Of a DNA stretch of 64,000 bases, positions 31,301 to 38,055 are shown piece by piece (position 1 is the stretch's first letter; each line of letters starts with the position of its first letter). Location of the stretch: NCBI GenBank assembly GCA_043747615.1, contig JAYTOU010000003.1, forward strand, positions 64,001-128,000. The letters are read 5' to 3'. Both the position numbers and the translations under genes were made by a program. The notes beneath the pieces were generated by a model, which worked only from the letters and a program-made list of their open reading frames with translations, did not search any database and was not told the DNA's origin. Source of the stretch: Myxococcales bacterium (lineage in GTDB: Bacteria; Myxococcota_A; Polyangia; Polyangiales; Polyangiaceae).

Positions 31301-31843
31301 GGGGTCTTGATCGCGACCGCGCCGCGACGCGGATGCACCGTCGCGCGAGAAGCCGCCATCGGGTGTTGCGCTCGCATAGCCATTTTGTGCCTGCCCTTGG
31401 TCGCGCCCTTGATCACGACCGGGACGCCCTCCGAACGAAGCGACTCCGTCGGAACGGGGCGGCGTACTTCCTTCGGCTTGGGGCGGACGGCTCGCCCCGC
31501 GCGCTTGATCGCGCAGCGCGATGAGCAATGCGGCGACGTGCTTGCAATGACCATTGAGTCTCGATGGGGCTGGTGAGGTGGCCTGCGTGGCGGAGAATGC
31601 CGGGCAGCTGCAGGTCGACGCGAAGCCGTTGGGGGTCAGGTTGAGGCGAACTTCGTAAGGAGCGGTGTCCGTGCCCCGAACATGGCCGCGGGCGGAGGCC
31701 TCTTCGATGGTGATCCGCTCGACGGCATGCCGACGCACGTAGTCGTAGCCGCGGAGGAACGCACGGGCGCCCAAGAGCCGCCGCAGTGCGCGGTCGTTGA
31801 GCGTGGAAATCGCTTCCGTGAAGGGGGTCGGCGTTGTGGACAA
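28307..31843 (-). CDS. SWIM zinc finger-SNF2 family helicase/ATPase
   Basis: SWIM C-x-C...C-K-H; LADDMGLGKT, DEAQ, SGTPIENRL, LVFSQF, SLKAGGSGLNL, WWNPAVEDQASDRAHRIGQ. Confidence 0.93.
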   Translation of the reverse strand: MSTTPTPFTEAISTLNDRALRRLLGARAFLRGYDYVRRHAVERITIEEASARGHVRGTDTAPYEVRLNLTPNGFASTCSCPAFSATQATSPAPSRLNGHCKHVAALLIALRDQARGASRPPQAEGSTPPRSDGVASFGGRPGRDQGRDQGQAQNGYASATPDGGFSRDGASASRRGRDQDPGESEPLSGGGGGRRGRRGRAAARAMKPVPPQQQQQQGGRGNAPVRSLPAGSVSTGVDAWLPEPLPPLPRVIEYRMQVRPGSLTITLLDPNARTPLLPSALLVAHSQTPTADREAIRLLARFENEGPRRVGIEVRGEDASDLLPLLKGRRVIVEPQMMELRFGDEPLRPRFDLELSSDGTQVVVKSSFYRPGDPRKFTTAQGAWFEGSPGWHVDPQEGVARPIDRRVSPSSIRRLVRAPFIHEPIEHLPLLIAQGLPKVALEVGAELPELSQVATVIDMLPTFRMRAGGSLIEAKVHLRAAYEDVEIEVRADGMTAPVIVKPPDPSTKRAVCIRCDIASQQEAAAKLRGLGLTPDEEGNGFIARGDDAIQFWTEGIGQLPDEWDLFVPDDLMDVQVRSEALSANARVSSGVDWLSLRLSFESEGVAVSQEELGRCLAEGRRYVRLADGSFARLDSAKVKEVLLRQAEILATGGGVGGKLPLSQAGRLQELLEQVAKTNVSDSARELFAKLRDIDEIKGAKKPRNLKASLRPYQEQGFHWLWFLHEIGSGGVLADDMGLGKTVQALALLLAVKSADEKTEGAKPFKALIVAPTSVVTNWLREMDKFAPSLKHALWHGVDRKDRQEELEKADVVVTSYALLRRDEELLAKLDLRYVILDEAQQIKNPLSATARAAKRLKADRRLALSGTPIENRLSEIWSIFDFVSPGLLGPLDKFEERYSRPIDAGDQKAAARLRATIHPFILRRTKSEVAKDLPEKIETDQFCELTGEQAALYAAVLKEVRAQVMGEVERQGLARSHIQILAGLTRLRQAACDPRLLGLPREFTDDDSGKLVALRELIATSLEGGHKVLVFSQFVSMLTIVRRAMDEDKVPYEYLDGSSRDRQALVDNFQRDDGPPVFLISLKAGGSGLNLTAADTVIHFDPWWNPAVEDQASDRAHRIGQTKVVTTYRLIAKGTIEEKILELSGKKRDLAGAVLSEDAGGAKKLTKGDLEDLFKFDE

Positions 31844-32020
31844 AGTAAGGGCCCGGCTTGCGCGAAAAGACGCGGCTTCGAGACGACTATCGAGAGCGGA
31901 GGCACGGCGCGTTGGGTCGTAAAAACCCAGGTGCCGCGAGCGCGCAGCTCACGAATCGGACGGTTAGCACCGCGTTTTGGGCAACGCAAGAGATGAAACT
32001 CGAGTACGTAGCTAAAGGAG

Positions 32021-32794
32021 ATGAGGGGCTTGGGTCTTCTGCAGCGCGCAGTTTTGGTGTCGATTCTCGCAGCGACGGCGCTCGCGTGCACCAGTCCGGT
32101 CGCCGCCGGCCTCGAGGAAGAAGACGCCAACCGGATCATTGTCGCCCTCGATCACACGAACATCGACGCGACCAAAGAGGTCGATCCGGCGATCGAGGGT
32201 AAATTCCGGGTGCTCGTGGCGCGCGACGACGCCTCGCGGGCCCTCATCACCATGCGCGAAGAAGAGCTGCCACGCCCACGACCGGCCGGTGTCCTCTCCG
32301 CGATGGACAAGGGCGCTCTCGTGCCGAGCCAAGCCGCGGAGCACGCGCAGCTCGTGGCGGGGCTCGCCGGCGATCTCGAGCGGAGCCTGGAAGGCGTCGA
32401 CGGAGTCCTCTCGGCCCGCGTCCATCTGAATGTCCCCGCGCCGGATCCCCTTCGCGACACCGCTCCGCCGAAGTCGTCCGCCAGCGTCCTTCTTGCGTAC
32501 CGCGGGTCGACCCCGCCGCTCACCGCCGAGTCGGTGCAGCGTCTCGTCGCCGGTGGCGTGTCGGGGATCGCGCCCGCCGACGTCGCGGTGGTTGCCATCT
32601 CCCGCGCCGCCCCCGCCGCCGCGCGCGAAAGCCAGATCGCCCATGTCGGCCCGATCGCCGTCGCCCGCGGATCGATGCGCGCTCTTCAAGCTGCGCTCGC
32701 CGGCCTCATCGTCCTCATCGCGCTCTTCGCCACGGCGACACTTGTACTCTACACGCGTCTATCGCGGCTGCGTGAGACCACCGACGGCACGTGA
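32021..32794 (+). CDS. sctJ: Type III secretion inner-membrane ring lipoprotein, SctJ/PrgK/YscJ family
   Basis: AAGGAG RBS; lipobox ALAC; 'GLEEEDAN', 'LVPS..AE', 'LERSLEGVDGVLSARVHL', 'SASVLL.Y'; C-terminal TM helix followed by basic residues. Confidence 0.82.
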   Translation: MRGLGLLQRAVLVSILAATALACTSPVAAGLEEEDANRIIVALDHTNIDATKEVDPAIEGKFRVLVARDDASRALITMREEELPRPRPAGVLSAMDKGALVPSQAAEHAQLVAGLAGDLERSLEGVDGVLSARVHLNVPAPDPLRDTAPPKSSASVLLAYRGSTPPLTAESVQRLVAGGVSGIAPADVAVVAISRAAPAAARESQIAHVGPIAVARGSMRALQAALAGLIVLIALFATATLVLYTRLSRLRETTDGT

Positions 32795-33537
32795 TCTCCG
32801 TCTCAGGGCTCACCAAGCTCCCGGTGCGTGGCGGGTCGCACCCGATCCTCGCCGACGTGAACCTCGTCGTCCCCGAAGGTTGCCTCTACGGACTGATTGG
32901 TCCCGGGGCCGCCGGAAAGAGCGTGCTCCTCAAGCTCATCATCGGGCTGCTCAGGCCGGACGCGGGGCGCATCCTCGTTGCCGGCGAAGACGTGACGGCG
33001 CTCTCCGAGCTCGATCTGCAGAAGCTCCGCATGAAGTTCGGGATGCTCTTCCAGAACAACGCCCTCTTCGATCACCTCACGGTGGGCGACAACATCGCGT
33101 TTCCTCTCCGCCGTCTCTACGCCCTCCCCGCAGACGAAGTGCGAACGCGGGTCCTCGAGCGGCTGGCGTGCGTCGCGCTAACCGGGTTCGAGGACCGTAT
33201 GCCCGGCGGCCTCTCCGGAGGCCAAAAAAAGCGGGTCGGCGTGGCTCGAGCAACGGTCACGCGCGCGCCCATCGTGCTCTATGACGAGCCGGCGGCCGGC
33301 CTCGATCCGGTGACCTCGCAGAAAATTTTCGATCTTCTTCGGGCCGAGCAGCGGGCCTCGAACGCAACCGTGATCATGGTGTCGAGCGATCTGGATCGCC
33401 TGCTCACGGTCACCGATCGCGTGGGGATGCTTCTCCGCGGGCGTCTGATCTTCGACGGCACGACGGACGAGGCGAAGGCGAGCACGGAGCCACACGTGCG
33501 GCAGTTCGTCCACGGGCTCACCGAGGGCCCGCTCTGA
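32791..33537 (+). CDS. mlaF: MlaF/Mkl-type ABC ATPase, copy 1 (H-switch degenerate)
   Basis: Walker A GPGAAGKS, 'GMLFQNNALFD', LSGGQKKRV, LYDEP.AGLDP; GTGA overlap with sctJ stop. Confidence 0.85.
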   Translation: MISVSGLTKLPVRGGSHPILADVNLVVPEGCLYGLIGPGAAGKSVLLKLIIGLLRPDAGRILVAGEDVTALSELDLQKLRMKFGMLFQNNALFDHLTVGDNIAFPLRRLYALPADEVRTRVLERLACVALTGFEDRMPGGLSGGQKKRVGVARATVTRAPIVLYDEPAAGLDPVTSQKIFDLLRAEQRASNATVIMVSSDLDRLLTVTDRVGMLLRGRLIFDGTTDEAKASTEPHVRQFVHGLTEGPL

Positions 33538-33615
33538 TCGGGAAGAAGGCGCTGCTGCCTAGGCTGATTCAGCCCACCCTCGTCTGCCTTTCGCCTCGTC
33601 CATTGACAGAAAGCC

Positions 33616-35787
33616 TTACGCTCGCGGCGCCGAACATTGCATCGCCCTCATGAGATAAGGCGAAGCAGCTTCCATCAAGGGCAGCTCGGCTGCCGGGACA
33701 TCGTACGCCACGAGGTCGTAGTGGCAGAGCGTGCCAAACGGCTTGCCATCAGCAACGTTTCGAAGAAGGACGCCACAGTACGAGATAGCGCCTCCCGTCG
33801 CGGAGTGCGCGCGAAGGCGATCGTCGAGCTGGGCGTTTTCCGTCGTAAACGTGCGCTGCGTCTCACCGACGATCGCGCAAGGGCTGCCGAGCAGCGCCAC
33901 GTCCGCGCCGGTCCTGAGCTCCAAGTTGTGCGAGTCTACGAGGTGAAGACTCCGAAGCGTCGGTGGGTCGAAGTGCTTGATGCTCGTGAAGCGATAAGGT
34001 GTTCTGCTGTTCAAGAAGCGCAGCGCCTCGTGGATGCCGTGCGTCTCCAGCAACTTCTCGAATTTCAAAAAAACATCTGCTCGACCGAGTGCGCTCTCAC
34101 GCTCTCGTGGCGACGATTGCCGGCTCATGTACTCGACGACACCCGAGACGACCCGCAGCAGCTCTGCAGGCTCTACGGGCTTCGCCACGTGCGTTTGGAA
34201 GCCCGCCTCGAGCGCGCGACGGCGATCCTCGTCTCGGGCGTATGCCGTCAACGCGATGGCTGGAATCGCGGCTGCACGCACGCCGGTGAGCGTTCGCACC
34301 CGACGAATCAGCTCGTATCCGTCCGTCCCCGGCATCCCGATGTCACTCAGCAGAATCATCGGCGAGGTCTGCGAAAGAAGCTCCAAGGCACGCTCCGCCG
34401 TCGACGCGGTCGTTACCTCTGCTCCGTTCGTTCGAAGGACCGTTGCGACGAGGTCTCTCGCGTCTGCCTCATCGTCAACGACGAGCACCGTGACACCGCT
34501 CAGATTCGCCGCGTGGAATGGCGAAGCGCTGTTGAGTGGTGGCGGACGATCGGAGGCCGCGCGTTCGGCGAAGACAGCCTGCACGGGCAGGGTAACGATG
34601 AACGCGGCTCCTCTTCCCTCGCCTTCGCTCTCGGCCCGAACCGTTCCACCATGTGCTTCCACGAGATGTCGCACGAGGGCTAGGCCCAGCCCCAGTCCGC
34701 CGTGCCGCCTCGTCGTGCTGCCATCCGCCTGGCGAAAGCGCTCGAAAACGTGCGCGAGAAAGTCCGGCGCAATTCCTTGGCCGGAGTCCTTCACGACCAG
34801 CTGGATGCTCGTCCCCGTGCGCTCAAGGCGTACCTCGACGTTTCCGCCTTTTGGCGTGAACTTGATCGCGTTGTTGGCAAGATTCCAGACGACCTGTTGG
34901 AGTCGGTCGGGGTCGCCGACGATCCGTGCAGCCGCAGGCTCCACCACCACGGACAATTCGATCTTTTTTCCCTCCGCGGCCGGGCGAACGGCGTCGATAG
35001 CGGCCCGGACCAACGCGGTCATGTCGAGTGGTCGGATCTCCAAATGAAGCTTGCCCGAGATGATCCGCGAACCATCCAGGATGTCCTCGATGAGCTGAAC
35101 CTGGGCGAGGGCATTTCGTTCGATGATCTCCATGGCGCGCAAGGTGCCATTGGGGTCGAGCTGGCCGGACCGGAGCATTCGAGCCCACCCGAGGATGGCG
35201 TTCAGAGGCGTTCGCAGCTCGTGCGAGGCAGTGGCCAAGAACTGATCTTTCGCCAAGCTCGCCTCCTCGGCTCGCTGGGTCGCTGCCCGCTGGTCGTGGA
35301 TGTCGGTGCTGATCCCAAACCAGCGCACGATCTTTCCGGCTTCATTTCGGAGCGGCTTGATGCGCGTGATGAACCACCGAAATTCGCCATCTGCACGCCG
35401 CAGAGGGAACTCCATCTCGAAGGGCTCGCCGGTCTGGATGGAGTGGCGCCACCCCTCGAGCACGTTTGGAAGCAGCTCAGGAGCGTGAACTTTTTCCCAC
35501 CCCCAACCCCCTGTCTCGTCGAACGTCGTCCCAGTGTACCGGTACCAGCGCTCGTTCAAGAAATCGACGTAGCCATCCGAAAACGCAGACCACGCCAACT
35601 CTGGAAGGTTGTCCACGAGGCTTCGCAGGACGTGCTCCGCCTCGCCAAGCGCCTCGTTGAGTCGCCGAGCCTCGGCGATCTGCTCCTGCGCCTGGAGCGC
35701 CGCCAACAACAGCTTCTCGTTCGCCTCGCGCTGAAGCTCAAGCAGCGCCTCGCTAGGCAGTTCGGGGACGAGATCCTCCGGTCGCAT
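33616..35787 (-). CDS. Hybrid histidine kinase: coiled coil-PAS-HisKA-HATPase-REC-GAF
   Basis: SHELRTPL, NAIKFT, DSGQG, GLGLGL; REC 'VVDDE..SDIGMP..KP'; GAF-like tail 'SYCGVLL...FGTLCHYD'; ATG 35787 chosen. Confidence 0.9.
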   Translation of the reverse strand: MRPEDLVPELPSEALLELQREANEKLLLAALQAQEQIAEARRLNEALGEAEHVLRSLVDNLPELAWSAFSDGYVDFLNERWYRYTGTTFDETGGWGWEKVHAPELLPNVLEGWRHSIQTGEPFEMEFPLRRADGEFRWFITRIKPLRNEAGKIVRWFGISTDIHDQRAATQRAEEASLAKDQFLATASHELRTPLNAILGWARMLRSGQLDPNGTLRAMEIIERNALAQVQLIEDILDGSRIISGKLHLEIRPLDMTALVRAAIDAVRPAAEGKKIELSVVVEPAAARIVGDPDRLQQVVWNLANNAIKFTPKGGNVEVRLERTGTSIQLVVKDSGQGIAPDFLAHVFERFRQADGSTTRRHGGLGLGLALVRHLVEAHGGTVRAESEGEGRGAAFIVTLPVQAVFAERAASDRPPPLNSASPFHAANLSGVTVLVVDDEADARDLVATVLRTNGAEVTTASTAERALELLSQTSPMILLSDIGMPGTDGYELIRRVRTLTGVRAAAIPAIALTAYARDEDRRRALEAGFQTHVAKPVEPAELLRVVSGVVEYMSRQSSPRERESALGRADVFLKFEKLLETHGIHEALRFLNSRTPYRFTSIKHFDPPTLRSLHLVDSHNLELRTGADVALLGSPCAIVGETQRTFTTENAQLDDRLRAHSATGGAISYCGVLLRNVADGKPFGTLCHYDLVAYDVPAAELPLMEAASPYLMRAMQCSAPRA

Positions 35788-37258
35788 GTTGGCCTCCGCG
35801 CAGCGCAGGAGAACCGGTGAGAAGGCCGTCATACAGCGTTAGGGGCTCGCCGATCACCAGCACGCCCTTGGAAGTGATTTCATATTCGCGGAGATCTTTG
35901 GAGTGCTGACTACCCCGCACTTTCACGACGGAGATAGCGCGCTTGAGCTGCCCATCGATCTGCAGATAACGCTGCATGATGATGGCATCGCTCAAGAACG
36001 CAATGCCATGCGGGCTGAACTGAAGGACGGTGAACGAATCGGGCAGCTCGACCGTGGACATGACCGTGACGCCCATCCCGGTGAGCGCACCCACCATTCG
36101 GTAGAGCGACTCGCGGAAATCCTCTCGGAACGTCGGCGCCAACGCGAGCTCCAAACCCGACAGCGAGTCGATCACTGCCCGCTTTGCTCCGATGCGGAGC
36201 ACGGCATCGCGGAGCGCCGTCATGGTCTCATCGATCGACAGATCGAGCGGCCGCACGTAGACGATTTCTAATTTCTTGTCCTTGAGGAGGCCGTCGAACG
36301 CATCCCCATGCGGCGTCGTTTGCAGGTAGTCGTTGGGTCGTTTCTCGAAGACGGCGATGACCCCCGGCTCGCCCCGCCGAATTCCATCGAGAATGAACTC
36401 GTTGGAAAGCACCGTCTTGCCCGACCCTGACGGCCCGGCAATCAGCACGGAATATCCTCTTGGAATACCGCCCCCCGTCATTTCGTCCAGAACGGGCACC
36501 CCCGTGGTGATGCGGTTCTCTAGCGGCTTGGCGAAGCCGGTCCCCTCGATCGGCTTCTGAAGTCGAGGAAAGACCTTGAGGCCGTCGTCCGTGATCCGCA
36601 TGGTTTGCAATCCGGGGATCTGCGCCTGTCCTCGCATCTTCTGGACTTGCAACTTCCGAACGACCGAGTTTCGTTCGACGGATTGAGAGAGCACCACGAT
36701 GCCGTCGGCCACGGTGAAGACCGAGTTGTCTTGCGATTCATCCGCCCCGTACTCCCCAAGCATGAACGTGGTCGCTTCGCAGCTTGTCAGGTGCAAGGCG
36801 AGGCGCTGCATGAAGTCCTGCACGTCCGGCTCCCCGTTCGACCCTGCGAGGGTCCTTTTGAGGACGGCGCGAAAAGAGTCCACGACGACGATCGCCGGGC
36901 TCGCCTCGTCCACCTCCTTCAGGATTCGCTCGAGGACCTTCCCCAGCCCGCCTGTCTGCGCCTCCTCACCGAGGTGGATGAAGCGGATGGAGTCTTCCAC
37001 CTTGGAGGCGTCGAAAAAGGAGAGCTGCTGCATGTAGCGGAGCATCTTGAGAGGCGGCTCACCAATGACGGTGAAAAAGAGCGCTTTCCGCTCCGGGCTC
37101 GCGTTGGCAAACATGATCTGATGACCGAGTGTCGTCTTCCCCGAGCCCGCTCCGCCGACGATCAGATTCAAGGAAAACTCGGGGATGCCGCCGCCGAGCA
37201 CTTCGTCGAAGCCGGGCACTCCTGAAGACAACATTCTGATCGGAACCTTGTTGCTCAT
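35753..37258 (-). CDS. KaiC-like double-domain RecA-superfamily ATPase
   Basis: Two repeats: SSGVPGFDEVLGGG...GGAGSGKT...VVVDS...QKMRG and TTGVPVLDEMTGGG...GPSGSGKT...VIDSLS...VKVRGS. Confidence 0.9.
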   Translation of the reverse strand: MSNKVPIRMLSSGVPGFDEVLGGGIPEFSLNLIVGGAGSGKTTLGHQIMFANASPERKALFFTVIGEPPLKMLRYMQQLSFFDASKVEDSIRFIHLGEEAQTGGLGKVLERILKEVDEASPAIVVVDSFRAVLKRTLAGSNGEPDVQDFMQRLALHLTSCEATTFMLGEYGADESQDNSVFTVADGIVVLSQSVERNSVVRKLQVQKMRGQAQIPGLQTMRITDDGLKVFPRLQKPIEGTGFAKPLENRITTGVPVLDEMTGGGIPRGYSVLIAGPSGSGKTVLSNEFILDGIRRGEPGVIAVFEKRPNDYLQTTPHGDAFDGLLKDKKLEIVYVRPLDLSIDETMTALRDAVLRIGAKRAVIDSLSGLELALAPTFREDFRESLYRMVGALTGMGVTVMSTVELPDSFTVLQFSPHGIAFLSDAIIMQRYLQIDGQLKRAISVVKVRGSQHSKDLREYEITSKGVLVIGEPLTLYDGLLTGSPALRGGQHATGGSRPRTA

Positions 37259-37259
37259 C

Positions 37260-37760
37260 TCACTCGATCTCCTTGAAAGGCCCGGTCTCGTTCATCGCGG
37301 GGAATGCCTTTTTCACTAGTCGCCAGACCAGCCGCTCTCCGATGAAGCTGCTCATGAGTCCGAAGAACGTCGCGTACAAACTTATTGCAACTTCCGACGC
37401 CGTTGCTGCGTCCTGCTTGCTCAAGCAGTCGACGACTTGCCGCGCGACAGAGACGTTGGTTTCAGGCGGAGAATGAGAGGGCGACCCGGTGAACACCGCT
37501 TCAGCGCTCGTAGGTTCGGGAGCAATCGCGATTCCCGCGAGGCAGGAGAACTCGGCCTTGGTCAGCTTTACGCTTCTCGCGAAGAGCGCGCGAACACCCG
37601 CCGCACCAATGACGGGGGCGAGAGCCGTAAAGAGCTTTTCGTACAGACGCCACGCCGCGGCTGCCCTCTCTGCCAAATCCTCCCTATCGCTCCCGACAGC
37701 GCCCGCGTGCGTCAGCAGTTGCTTTGCTGCGTGAACGTGCGCGCCGGTGGGTTTCGCCAT
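37260..37760 (-). CDS. Small helical hypothetical protein immediately upstream of the KaiC-like gene
   Basis: Stop is 1 nt before the KaiC-like ATG, with GGAG RBS in its 3' end; pseudo-repeat 'LAPVIGAAGV.ALF.RS' / 'LMSSFIGERLV.RL'; start uncertain (37760 or 37799). Confidence 0.7.
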   Translation of the reverse strand: MAKPTGAHVHAAKQLLTHAGAVGSDREDLAERAAAAWRLYEKLFTALAPVIGAAGVRALFARSVKLTKAEFSCLAGIAIAPEPTSAEAVFTGSPSHSPPETNVSVARQVVDCLSKQDAATASEVAISLYATFFGLMSSFIGERLVWRLVKKAFPAMNETGPFKEIE

Positions 37761-38055
37761 TGTGTGCGTGTCGGGGCGGAACATCGCCAAGACGAGCAAT
37801 GACGCTATTCGTCATTCCGGCTGTCGTCGAGCTGCAAAGCGGCAATGCGTCTTCGGAGCGCGCCTCAAGCAAAGCTCTAGCGGTGTGCCCCGATGATTGC
37901 GTACTTCGTCACTCATCGAGCCTCGAGCTCTACCGACCGATCGGGATTTACAATCGGCTCGCCTTCATTGAAAGCCGATGTCGGTAGATCATTGGCGCAG
38001 CGCGAGCGCTTTCAAGTCGAGCGCGGGGTCGCGCGCGGCCCGCGGGAACGAAGAG

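Noticed and set aside
31900..31916. Possible sigma54 promoter (GGCACG...TTGG) upstream of sctJ
   Set aside because: Spacing is off by one and the -12 GC is missing
35753..37258. Calling this a circadian clock kaiC
   Set aside because: No kaiA/kaiB in the window, and the canonical phosphosites and EE pairs are not conserved
37953..37979. Inverted repeat ATCGGCT...AGCCGAT in the intergenic gap
   Set aside because: Only a 7-bp outer stem and no U-tract; too weak to call a terminator or operator
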